Assembly: GCA_964016885.1 (NCBI GenBank)
Contig: OZ024752.1
Location: forward strand, 43,462,001-43,526,000
Reading direction: 5' to 3'
DNA length: 64,000 bases
From: Eledone cirrhosa
Lineage: Eukaryota
This document shows, piece by piece, positions 38,801 to 46,127 of the stretch. The translations under genes were made by a program, and so were the position numbers. The notes under the pieces are model-generated. The model worked only from the letters and a program-made list of their open reading frames with translations. It made no database searches and was not told the origin of the DNA. Position 1 is the stretch's first letter; every line of letters starts with the position of its first letter.

Positions 38801-39994
38801 AGTTTGACTTGTACAACTTTTTCTGTCCACCAATCATTTTATTTTAAAATCTGTTAAAATGACAAAAGCACAACAATTACAAGCTGTAAATTAAGACAAT
38901 TAGTTCATTCACAGCAAAGATCTTTGATTCTGTCAGATGTTTTGGTAAACATATAATCAGGTGACACCCTTCGTAGAGGGAGGGGAAACACTACATTAAT
39001 ATTCAAGGCATTACTATATTTACTATATTTCAGGGGTACTTTTAGTCACTAATCACTTGACATTGGTGGGAACATAGAATTTCGTGATCGAAGAGAACTA
39101 TTGCATCAGTATTGTAATAATTAGATGCAAAAGTATTGATGCAATAATTCTCTCCGATTGTGAAGTTTATTTTACGGGTTTGAAAAACTTCAATTACAAA
39201 CTTATAAATTATACAAATTATACATTGGAAAATTCGTCGATTTCTTATATATTTATCCTTATCGAGCCCTCTTTGGATTTTAGTCTTCAAATTTATTATT
39301 ATTACTATATATATATATATATATATAGCAAGAAGTTGTGAACAAAAGTTTCTACAAAAACTTTGTATTACACAAACTGCAGAATTAGTACGAATAAGTT
39401 ATGGAACATTTTACCATATTTCTGGTGAAATATTATAGCACAGCTTTTAATATATTTTGAAAAGCAATTAAGAAATTATTTTCAAAATTAAGAATTTGGA
39501 GCAATTTAGTAACATAGTTAAACTTTTTTCATTATTACATTGACGATTTCAAATTTGTGTTGAAAGGTTTTAATCTAGATATAAATATTTTAAAAAAGGG
39601 ATATGTTTAGCATCATAAAAAATAAAAACAGGGTTGGCATTTAAATTGGCCATAACTGGCTACCCATACTGATGTTAAGGTATTGTTCTCAAAATAAATA
39701 TCAAAATCTCATAGATTCGATATGCGAGATAAAGCTTTTACAATAAAATATAATAGTATATATATATATATATATACTATTATATTTTATTGGTAAAAGC
39801 TTTATTTATCCTTATCGAGCCCTCTTTGGATTTTAGTCTTCAAATTTATTATTATTACTATATATAAATATATATATATATATATAGAGAGAGTAATGTA
39901 AATGCTAAACGTTTAAATATCTACTCACCTTCTCTTGAGCTCTCCCGTCAGCCAAGTGGGGCCCATCAAGAAATCTAAGTGCTTGTTCATCCAT
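2806..39994 (-). CDS. XPOT: Exportin-T (tRNA nuclear export receptor), complete gene span, 26 coding exons
   Basis: 26 GT-AG exons with consistent phases sum to 2889 nt (962 aa plus stop). The peptides follow vertebrate XPOT as recalled, from MDEQAL through HEDDDIS, GEEEAMF, DDQLFIYET and RSGVRQYLHRMVVCLE to FDLNDAQTV. Confidence 0.96.
2992..3162 (+). mobile_element. piggyBac-derived MITE family A
   Basis: TTAA-CCCCTTAGCATTTAAACCGG...AATGTTAAAGGG; internal TCAAAATCTC...GATAAAGCCTTTAC block shared with the piggyBac left end. Confidence 0.85.
3751..4088 (-). mobile_element. RTE subfamily 1 3' UTR fragment
   Basis: Reverse complement of about 63165-63498; ends in a (TA)n tract. Confidence 0.9.
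4401..6954 (+). mobile_element. Full-length piggyBac DNA transposon in the last XPOT intron, antisense to the host
   Basis: TTAA at 4397-4400 and 6955-6958; 14-bp TIRs CCCTTTAGCGTTCA / TGAATGCTAAAGGG; encloses the transposase. Confidence 0.97.
4640..6314 (+). pseudogene. piggyBac transposase split by one frameshift near 5089
   Basis: Acidic N-terminus; DDD triad SVDEAM, YYDRFF, GGVDKSD; YMPAKPTKWGIK; C-terminal Cys-rich domain CRLC...CSFCKVPLCKGCFGQYH. The sister copy has an extra AT at the junction. Confidence 0.92.
7138..7191 (-). CDS. XPOT: XPOT exon 25
   Basis: QFCQAYVMDIKSFKQFLK. Confidence 0.9.
7324..7395 (-). CDS. XPOT: XPOT exon 24
   Basis: GDEVINYLQNEYFPKLQLSPDLTQ. Confidence 0.92.
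7499..7568. repeat. (TA)n/(CA)n microsatellite; similar tracts at 3689-3720, 4089-4132, 38686-38728 and 60602-60660
   Basis: Direct reading. Confidence 0.95.
7640..7837 (+). mobile_element. piggyBac MITE family A
   Basis: TTAA-CCCTTTAGCATTT...CTAAAGGG. Confidence 0.88.
8168..8215 (-). CDS. XPOT: XPOT exon 23
   Basis: ALGESAQCLKCILDKR. Confidence 0.9.
8320..9970 (+). mobile_element. Old, decayed RTE LINE
   Basis: Remnants IVIGANLNGHV, HQLVVCD, IPVDW...LYKGK, YKAIKLLEH, DMEKAF, VHQ..LSPL; many stops. Confidence 0.75.
10707..10906 (-). mobile_element. piggyBac MITE family A, one TIR truncated, abutting the deleted piggyBac
   Basis: Reverse-complement match to the family. Confidence 0.85.
10911..12005 (+). 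mobile_element. Internally deleted, decayed piggyBac related to 4401-6954
   Basis: TTAA flanks and TIRs CCCTTTGGTGTTCA...ATGCTAAAGGG. Colinear with the 5' part of the transposase to about 11728, then jumps to the right end. Confidence 0.93.
12371..12486 (-). CDS. XPOT: XPOT exon 22
   Basis: GLVGFEEFVYQSVVPAC...FDLNDAQTVI. Confidence 0.95.
13760..13808 (-). CDS. XPOT: XPOT exon 21
   Basis: IQKICFGILKRLIEVW. Confidence 0.92.
14048..14166 (-). mobile_element. piggyBac MITE family A, short copy
   Basis: TTAA-CACTTTAG...CTAAAGTG-TTAA. Confidence 0.85.
15257..15445 (-). mobile_element. tRNA-derived SINE, second family
   Basis: Reverse-complement match to 61388-61565. Confidence 0.82.
15475..15700 (+). 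mobile_element. tRNA-derived SINE, third family
   Basis: TGGCTGAGTGG...GGTTTGATTCC head, central GTGTTCTTAAGCAAAAACACTT, tail CCGGATAAACACCAG; antisense relatives at about 12100-12310 and 55168-55330. Confidence 0.72.
16006..16073 (-). CDS. XPOT: XPOT exon 20
   Basis: FHQVLMTIVEGACNNPDPQ. Confidence 0.92.
16221..16723 (+). mobile_element. Non-autonomous Helitron
   Basis: A|TCTATATTAATAAA 5' end, short (GTAT)n, subterminal hairpin CCGGG-AATT-ACTGG, CTAG|T 3' end, no TSD. Confidence 0.82.
17031..17138 (-). mobile_element. 5'-truncated SINE, second family
   Basis: AATAATTGTTTCTAC...GGATGAAAGGCAAAGTCAAC. Confidence 0.8.
17362..17551 (-). CDS. XPOT: XPOT exon 19
   Basis: ISPFLREMF...EKRLLQKSYFQFL. 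Confidence 0.95.
18397..18682 (-). CDS. XPOT: XPOT exon 18
   Basis: SKGFSNQQTMKQCGC...RSGVRQYLHRMVVCLEEE. Confidence 0.96.
18997..19139 (-). CDS. XPOT: XPOT exon 17
   Basis: RKQILIQKLLAPIV...CINNAISFA. Confidence 0.93.
19941..20109 (-). CDS. XPOT: XPOT exon 16
   Basis: LLSCDDQLFIYETVGILIV. Confidence 0.95.
20706..20800 (-). CDS. XPOT: XPOT exon 15
   Basis: MAFLDERGLRNKSPQVRSRAAYLFSRFVK. Confidence 0.95.
21833..21952 (-). CDS. XPOT: XPOT exon 14
   Basis: LVSSGVS...ETVVRYEKFFNTQPEYIPDVL. Confidence 0.94.
22374..22583 (+). mobile_element. piggyBac MITE family A
   Basis: TTAA-CTCTTTAG...CTAAGGAG-TTAA. Confidence 0.88.
23141..23206 (-). CDS. XPOT: XPOT exon 13
   Basis: SSNQSFTGCKEKPSPLQEMMQL. 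Confidence 0.9.
23322..23741 (+). mobile_element. RTE subfamily 1 3' fragment
   Basis: Near-identical to 63100-63498. Confidence 0.92.
23742..24631 (-). mobile_element. Two tandem piggyBac MITE A copies, the first interrupted by a Helitron
   Basis: Family body at 23742-23778 plus 24293-24428, and again at 24430-24631, ending CTAAAGAG-TTAA. Confidence 0.8.
23779..24292 (-). mobile_element. Non-autonomous Helitron nested in a MITE
   Basis: Minus strand reads TCTATATACTACTAAAA...hairpin GACC-N5-GGTC...CTAG. Removing it restores the MITE sequence TCTTACA|TAATTATCTCAC with no TSD. Confidence 0.88.
25511..25639 (-). CDS. XPOT: XPOT exon 12
   Basis: WKTLEFWDVEMPIMLMYMLGEALP. Confidence 0.94.
25735..26275 (-). 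pseudogene. Decayed mariner transposase fragment with one TIR-like end
   Basis: Minus-strand translation VRMIAEETGLDKSAVNKILT*HLHMRKICAKLVSKHLSVEQK resembles the mariner HTH and linker; TA-TGAGATTTGTCCC end. Confidence 0.7.
26516..26587 (-). CDS. XPOT: XPOT exon 11
   Basis: GEEEAMFQDYRKQVKIIFNNLAQL. Confidence 0.94.
27361..27423 (-). CDS. XPOT: XPOT exon 10
   Basis: QMLIIIINKLKYDETYNFDIE. Confidence 0.92.
27640..28760 (-). mobile_element. Decayed RTE LINE with an internal tandem triplication
   Basis: Antisense DLEKTFD, YADNLVL, PHD-coding and YLGD segments. Confidence 0.8.
28830..29022 (-). CDS. XPOT: XPOT exon 9
   Basis: LQAIERKLPLVLRFLSHEDDDISEAVIGF. Confidence 0.95.
29297..29493 (-). 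mobile_element. piggyBac MITE family A
   Basis: TTAA flanks and TIRs on both sides. Confidence 0.9.
29787..29882 (+). repeat. About 34-bp tandem repeat, 3 copies
   Basis: TATTAAATATTATATAGTAGRGCAACAGTATG repeated. Confidence 0.85.
30208..30615 (-). mobile_element. Non-autonomous Helitron-like element, 5' end obscured by a SINE
   Basis: Minus-strand 3' CTAG|T preceded by an imperfect hairpin; carries one copy of the 42-bp minisatellite unit. Confidence 0.6.
30615..30790 (+). mobile_element. tRNA-derived SINE, second family
   Basis: Matches 61388-61565. Confidence 0.85.
30816..30895 (-). CDS. XPOT: XPOT exon 8
   Basis: DEEGDYIAKLAKLVNGMGQNL. Confidence 0.93.
31160..31429 (-). CDS. XPOT: XPOT exon 7
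   Basis: CLEVVGKFISWIDINLVAN...KGMEPVAKTKLIES. Confidence 0.95.
32705..32788 (-). CDS. XPOT: XPOT exon 6
   Basis: EADRNTNLKDAMREHCVHQLVDSWLQIM. Confidence 0.94.
32910..33085 (+). mobile_element. piggyBac MITE family A, left TIR lost
   Basis: Family body ending AATGCTAAAGGG-TTAA. Confidence 0.85.
34507..34725 (-). CDS. XPOT: XPOT exon 5
   Basis: FLKNKIAQLF...YLRILTAIDCDVVDREIIH. Confidence 0.95.
35144..35213 (-). CDS. XPOT: XPOT exon 4
   Basis: YQTAGSEDQQIVREFLMTCLQMQ. Confidence 0.9.
35675..35728 (-). CDS. XPOT: XPOT exon 3
   Basis: DNARFFFLQVLESYLKQ. Confidence 0.92.
36185..36995 (-). mobile_element. Decayed non-LTR (RTE-like) reverse transcriptase fragment
   Basis: CGF..RCSTVNQIFTLRKIFE, LLWKVLQEYEI. 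Confidence 0.7.
37394..37594 (-). mobile_element. piggyBac MITE family A
   Basis: TTAA flanks, TIRs and family body. Confidence 0.88.
37653..37738 (-). CDS. XPOT: XPOT exon 2
   Basis: LLAYFELLKRSDDGWKMC; AG/GT boundaries. Confidence 0.92.
38474..38509 (+). ncRNA. Penelope-type minimal hammerhead ribozyme relic
   Basis: TCTT-CCGATGA-A-GGA(ctaaca)TCT-GAAA-CG-TT-AAGA: stem I TCTT/AAGA, core variant CCGAUGA, palindromic AACGTT. Confidence 0.5.
38741..38818. repeat. Inverted repeat centred on (TA)n
   Basis: AGTTGTACAAGTCAAACTAGTGTG...CACACTAGTTTGACTTGTACAACT. Confidence 0.92.
39637..39911 (+). mobile_element. piggyBac MITE family A, rearranged
   Basis: Family body interrupted by a foldback and a templated insert. 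Confidence 0.75.
39929..39994 (-). CDS. XPOT: XPOT coding exon 1
   Basis: MDEQALRFLDGPHLADGRAQEK followed by donor GTGAGT. Confidence 0.88.
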
Positions 39995-41015
39995 GCCGAG
40001 CATTGGAACCGAAACAGTTCCCATCTGTTTTAAATTAAAAAAATTCAACTTTCTCCTTTCTTCCTTTTAACTTTTGTAGAAGTAAGTTTTGTTGTGTTTA
40101 AGGATTAAATATCAACGAATGTTTCTTGTTTATATGAGAGGACAAGATGTTAGCTTGACGTCTCATAGCATTCACTGGCTATTTATTATACTTAATATAA
40201 ATAAACAAACACCTCCCTAACATGTTGACCAGCAGTAATTAAAGGCCATTAAGGGGCCATTGTTATTTCAACAAATCAAAATTTAAATTATATTGATATT
40301 TCTTTTAACAACAATAACAACAACTATTATTATTACAACTGTTCGGAGTTTTAAATAAAGTTCCAATATTTTCTTGTCACATTTTGGAGTTAATTATAAT
40401 AATAAAATCATTATAAAACGCTCATTTTTTTTCTTCTGAAACTGAAAAAGGAAAATGGTTTAAATGTGATCAGATTTAAAGAAATATCTGTAAACTAAGT
40501 GTTATATGAGAGATTAGATGAACTAAAGGAGTGAGAGATAAAGACAGAAATGTTGGTTTAGTCGGCAAAATCTGTGGAGTCTCTCCTTTCATAGACACGT
40601 GGAGCTCACACTTAATGGATTTAAAAAAAGTTGTAACTACAATATTACATGACTATACTATATACTAGAGGTTGAGGTTCTTGTGGTGGGTAGCAACTGA
40701 TAAGTGTAAAATCCTTGTAGAAATTATTATGCCATAGCTTTTGTAAGAGGATAAATTTTAAACAGTTTCTTCCTTATCAGTTGTTTGCATTATTAAAGCT
40801 TGAAATAAGTCTCGCTGTGTTACCTACACAAGCGTGCTAAAAAGATCTCGAATGTTCGAGATCTGAAACAGATTTTTTAATATTAGAAAAATTCATATTT
40901 TACTTTAAGATTCCAAAAGGATTTTTGTATATAATAAATATATATTAAATAAAATTAAATGTAAATTCGAATTTTAATATTTCTACAAATATTTCACGGA
41001 AAAGTCTCGTTTCAA

Positions 41016-41034
41016 TCACGTGATCTACCTTTCT
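41016..41034 (+). promoter_or_regulatory. RPL18A core promoter: E-box plus TCT/5'TOP pyrimidine initiator
   Basis: TCACGTGA at 41016-41023 and CCTTTCT at 41028-41034, 15 nt before the ATG, as is typical of ribosomal protein genes. Confidence 0.65.
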
Positions 41035-41049
41035 ACATCAGCCATCAAG

Positions 41050-41067
41050 ATGAGAGCCCGTGGTCAG
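41050..41067 (+). CDS. RPL18A: RPL18A exon 1 coding part
   Basis: MRARGQ then GTAATC donor. Confidence 0.9.
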
Positions 41068-44000
41068 GTAATCTCCTCAGAAATTCTTTATATCTATCGT
41101 TATTGTATATATTTTTGACACCATCACCCTTTTAACGATGTTAAAGAACATCAATTAATTATATTGTCCTATATATAGACAGAGATTTAACTGATTTGTT
41201 GAGTTTTTCTGATTAATTCCTCCCATTTCTAAGGCTCCCACCATCAAAATGGCGCTTTAGCCACATGGTAAATTGGTTCCAAATATTCAGGGGAAAATGT
41301 AAATTCTGTTAGATATTCCTTGAATTATATTTTAGTTTTGCATGTTGCGGTTTTAACATAAATAGATTGATTTTTAAAATATAGCATTTGTATTTTCTTA
41401 CGGGAATGTTGAAAATATTAAAGTAAGCACATGTCCCTTTACTCAATATTTTTATAGTGTTGATGTCAGAAAAATTGTGCTACATTAAATTCAACCGTGT
41501 CGTTTCTCCTAAGTTTACTCGTGTTTATGAGATTGAATTATGGTTGATACAAAAATAAAGGTCATTTTTTTTTTATATAATGTATGGAAATCATTTCTCG
41601 TCAACTTCATTGAATATATACGGTGAATTGATCGTTTTATTTTAACTTATTTCAAGATTTAATGTCAATGATATACTATTATTTTTTATATTTTAATTTC
41701 AGTTGAACGAATATAAAATAATCGGGCGAGAATTACCGACAGAGAAATGTCCAATTCCTTCCCTGTTTCAAATGAGAATATTTGCATCTGAGCCATGCAG
41801 TGCTAAGTCAAGGTTTTGGTATTTTGCCAGTCAACTTAGAAAACTTAAGAAGAGTCGAGGGGAAATTGTTTGTTGCCACAAGGTAAATTTAACAAATTAT
41901 AAATACAGGTTGGTAATGACACAAAATGGTGGAGCACAACTCTTGTGTGAGTTGTGAGGAAATTAAATTCTATGGGTTTGATATGTATCATGACATTCTT
42001 TAGTAATTGAGCATAGGAGTTCAGATACGTGTATTGTCTGGGTTGGGTGTTAAAAATGATGGGTTGCATGTAGGAGACGGGTTGATATGCTGAATAAAAT
42101 TCTAATTGGATATAAAAAGGACATCTGATATCTAGTCATGATTAGCGGGAGTATATGGTGACAGGAAATATGCATCTAATTGAGCCAAAGAATATACGAC
42201 ATGAGTAGAGCATGGTTTCACACAAACTCCTTGGAGTATCTAGCTTTAATTTGTGACATCTTGTGCCAGTATAGAGGATGAATATAAGATAGTGATATTT
42301 AGGTGGTTTCATGTGTATATGTTAGCTTTGCTACACAGGAATTATCTCCGAATAGTTATGGTAGTGAATGGCTCAGTTGAAGATTCTTCCTAACTTATTG
42401 TTTGTATGATTCCTATTAGGAGCATTTTTCTTTTTTCTATATTTTAGATATTTGAAAGAAAACCTGGGACCATAAAGAATTATGGCATCTGGCTTCGTTA
42501 TCAGTCTCGAAGTGGAATTCACAACATGTACAAAGAATATCGTGATCTCACTGCAGCAGGAGCTGTAACTCAGTGCTGTAAGTAAAATTTGTGGTGTTTG
42601 GTTGAATTTTAGGTAATGTCATATTCTATATTTCTATAAAGAAACAATAGATTGGTGTACCTAGTTGCAAAAGAACTCTTGTTCCTGTACATCTAATGAA
42701 GCGGGTTCATGATCAAGAATTTGGAGGGGTTTAGTGATAACTTCTCAGCTTTACGCTGGTACATTGAACATATATTTACATAAAATCACACTGGAAGGTT
42801 TTTATATAAATACTTGAAAACAGAGCTGGAGGTAGTTTGGTGGCCTTGTTGGGTCGACCCATTTACATCACAATTTAGGTGTTTTTAAACATGGTTTTTC
42901 ATGCATTGATTTATCTCACTGCATAGTAATGTAAAGGTGGTTAGTGGGAAGAAGAATTGATTACATTTTGTGGTGAAGTGGGTACAATATACCAGTAGTT
43001 TGGTAGAGTAAGTGAGGTTATTTATAGAAGTGTTTCCTGTAGTGGGGGGTAGTATGCATTGATTGTAGGAACAGTTTTAATGGGTGGAAACAGGATAAGG
43101 GGTTCTATATGTCTTGATTCAGGGACTAATGGCTGAAATTTCATTGGGAAGATGGCCATTCATAAAAATGACCCCCTCACACAAGTTGGACTGGTCATTT
43201 CTCACTATTCTGTATATGGCATCGTGATTGTGGCACATTGTTCCACTGCAAGCGTTATTGCAATTTGTTTACTAATAAAATGAATGGCAGTAATATAAAA
43301 CTTGTTTGAATCTATATTTAGTTTCTTGGTTTTGAATTGAGAAAGTATATATGTTTATGAAGTTTTAATATCCAAAATGTTTTAGTTTTTGTGAGTATTT
43401 CAATGGACAGGATATATATAGTATACAAATTTTCATGTGTGTATTATGAGTACGATAAAAAAAATTTTATATTGTCATTTTCGCTCGTGGAAATTACTCG
43501 AAGTACTGCTGTTTTTTTATTTCCCTGGTAGATATTAGGTTGGTGAAAATAAAATCAGCAAAATATGAGATTGGATATAACCCGCCTCCATTTTAACACT
43601 AATTTTTATATTTTGTCTCAGCTAGCTTATTCCCTGGTAGATATATACAGTATATTGTTTTAAATAAGTGTCCTTCCTGAATGGTGCTGTGCAGTTGATT
43701 ACATTGCACTACTTCAAATATTCTTATTTTCGTACTATCTTATTACGTTTTTCATGCACTCTAACAGTTTACATGGACATTTGTGTGCAATATTAAAGTA
43801 CACCTTTCTAGTTTACTCACTGGTATTTATCTTCCGAATGTATGGTTATGACGATGCTTTTCTCATGATGAGATTCTTTGTGCGTTCTCAGCTAATGTTT
43901 CATATTCCAATATGACATTAACCCTTACCTTATATTTCTAATGAATGACATTGTCTCATGTGATTAAGCCATGTTCAAAACATCAGCTTAAATGAAGGTA

Positions 44001-44778
44001 CTTACATGAAATTATAACTTTTTAGATAAACAGTTCATTATTGAAAAGGGTTAAGATGTTTGTAGCTATTTATTGCTATCAATTAAAGATTGTATTAAGT
44101 TCAAAAATTTTGTTGCATTCATTGGTACTAAATAATTACTTCTTTTAATTCAGACCGTGATATGGGAGCTAGGCATCGTGCCAGGCCTTCAGCTATCCAA
44201 ATCATTAGAGTGGAAACTGTGTTAGCCAAGAAATGCAGAAGAGCTTACATTAAGCAATTTCACGTGAGTGTACTTTTATTAAACCAACTTCAATTTTTTG
44301 CCTCTTGTAAAAAAAGTGGGGAAAGGGATATTTTTATACACTTTGTTTACATAGGTATTCTTTTCTGAGGAATGTATGGAACATTAAATATAACCATTCT
44401 AGTTTAGTCACTGGTGTAGATCTTGGAAATGCTTTTCTTGTAGTTATATCCAGTGGATTGGCAGTTATTTAGTTGCTGAAAAGAATGTGGTTCAAATTCT
44501 ACCAACATCATTACCTTTTATCCTTTCTGGGTAGATGCCATGTAGTGTCTGTTACAAAAAGAAAAGCAGTGGCGTTTCCAAATTAACCAGCAGATGGTAT
44601 TTGCAATAAAAAATTTAGTTTGATTTGGAGGATGAACTTCTTTACTTTGTTATAGTTGTAGGATTTAAGTACTCTTCTTTTTCAGAATGCCAAAATCCGC
44701 TTCCCGTTGCCCCATCGTGTGGAGAGGAACTTACAGAATCCTAAATTCACCACCAGGAGACCATACACTAATTTCTAA
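41050..44778 (+). CDS. RPL18A: 60S ribosomal protein L18a (eL20), complete gene span, 5 exons
   Basis: Exons 41050-41067, 41703-41882, 42448-42577, 44154-44263 and 44686-44778 total 531 nt (176 aa). Motifs [46 protein letters not shown]. Confidence 0.97.
41245..41254 (+). promoter_or_regulatory. YY1-like site in RPL18A intron 1
   Basis: CAAAATGGCG matches the YY1 consensus often found just downstream of ribosomal protein gene start sites. Confidence 0.5.
41703..41882 (+). CDS. RPL18A: RPL18A exon 2
   Basis: [12 protein letters not shown]...[23 protein letters not shown]. Confidence 0.97.
42448..42577 (+). CDS. RPL18A: RPL18A exon 3
   Basis: [27 protein letters not shown]. Confidence 0.97.
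43922..44050 (-). mobile_element. TTAA-flanked MITE, family B-like, in RPL18A intron 3
   Basis: TTAA-CCCTT...AAGGG-TTAA. Confidence 0.6.
44154..44263 (+). CDS. RPL18A: RPL18A exon 4
   Basis: [17 protein letters not shown]...IKQFH. Confidence 0.97.
44686..44778 (+). CDS. RPL18A: RPL18A exon 5 coding part
   Basis: [11 protein letters not shown]...[13 protein letters not shown]. Confidence 0.96.
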   Translation, partial: NAKIRFPLPHRVERNLQNPKFTTRRPYTNF

Positions 44779-44807
44779 TCTGTTCAAATAATGAGCTGAT
44801 AGTGTAC

Positions 44808-44813
44808 AATAAA
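44808..44813 (+). terminator. RPL18A polyadenylation signal
   Basis: AATAAA 30 nt after the stop, followed by a GT/T-rich downstream element. Confidence 0.8.
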
Positions 44814-44946
44814 ACAATATTGAAAACGATTTGCTGTCTTTGTTTTTTTTTTTTTTTTTACTGAAACCCTGATAGTAATATCTTAAAGAAAACATGGTTG
44901 CAGCCAAGCATTAGGTCTTTATATATATATATATATGCACACACAC

Positions 44947-45835
44947 ATCATCATTTTACGTCCACTTTTCCCTGCTTGCAAGGGTGGGAAGGACCCTATT
45001 CAGTACAGCATCTCTCCACTTGTCACAGTCCTCCGTGAACTCCACTCATGTTTTTCGTGGGATTTCTTGACACTTCTTTACCCAGCGGTCATCCTCCATG
45101 CCATCGCTGTCTTCTCTCCCACACACTACAACTTATCCCTCTTATACATAGCTTCATTTCTCTCCAGCTGTTCCATGTCTCACACAGCCATCATATAACT
45201 GGCCTTTTGTACGCAAGGAAAAACCCTTCTTCCAACCTGTCCTTATTCTAGATACTATGGCCTCGGAACACCCCTCTCCCATGCTAATCTGATCTAGGTA
45301 CCCGGAAGCTATCAACCACTTCTATAGAACCCACCTGCATTTGAAAAATCTATCACTGACCTCTAGTCAAATTTCCCTGTACATCTACTGTATATGTAGT
45401 TTTGCCTGCTATCCCACTACATCTCTTGTGTACCCAAGATCTGCATATCGAACATGGCCATTTCCCTCTCGGAATAGTTTTGTCCTCTTGATTCCAACTG
45501 CTGTTTCCATAGCCAGAATTTATTCTCTAGCTCCTGATTCTGCTATAAAAACCAGCGTCAGCATAGAGAAGTTCCCATGGCAGCCTGGCTTGGAGTACTA
45601 TAATGAACAAGAGCGAGCTGACGACCGAATCCTGATATACTACTTGTATCTGGGACTCCTCTACACCAAGTTTCCTTAGGGACCACCAGATGACAGATTG
45701 GGGTACCCTATCAAAGACATTCTCTAAGAACCTCTGTTGTACTTTTCCCAGGCACAAAACCAAACTGCATCTCATCTAATTTGACCCTTTCTCTAATTAG
45801 TTGCGCTAATAATCTCTCTGCCACTTTCATAAGCT
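44947..45835 (-). mobile_element. Internally deleted RTE subfamily 2 copy between RPL18A and ACAD9
   Basis: FDRVPQSVIWWSLRKLGVEE, PWELLYAD; same 3' end as 55802. Confidence 0.85.
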
Positions 45836-46026
45836 GGCCCCTCTGTCGAGTCTACATTTTGGAAGTCAACCTCGCAATTGCAAATCTGATTCTTTAACCA
45901 CTCAGCCACATGTTATGATGTAGAAAATATGGAAAGAAGACATGAAACAATGACACTGGTCATATGTCTTTAATACGTAGACAATCCTGATTAATGATAA
46001 TTAAAACTTCCAAATTTGTTTCACTG

Positions 46027-46127
46027 TTACCAATTCCGAGTTAATGGATGTTCAGCAGCGTAGCCGTGTGCATTGATAATTTTGTCTGATATTTGCCTCA
46101 AATTTTCATCATTGTTCAGTACACTTC
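46027..46127 (-). CDS. ACAD9: ACAD9 terminal coding exon
   Basis: [13 protein letters not shown]...[14 protein letters not shown]. Confidence 0.92.

Noticed and set aside
41883-44685. Intronic snoRNA in RPL18A (vertebrate RPL18A hosts an H/ACA RNA); hairpin CACAACTC-N6-GAGTTGTG near 41935-41956
   Set aside because: I could not assemble H/ACA or C/D boxes with proper stems by eye. An Infernal/snoReport scan is needed.
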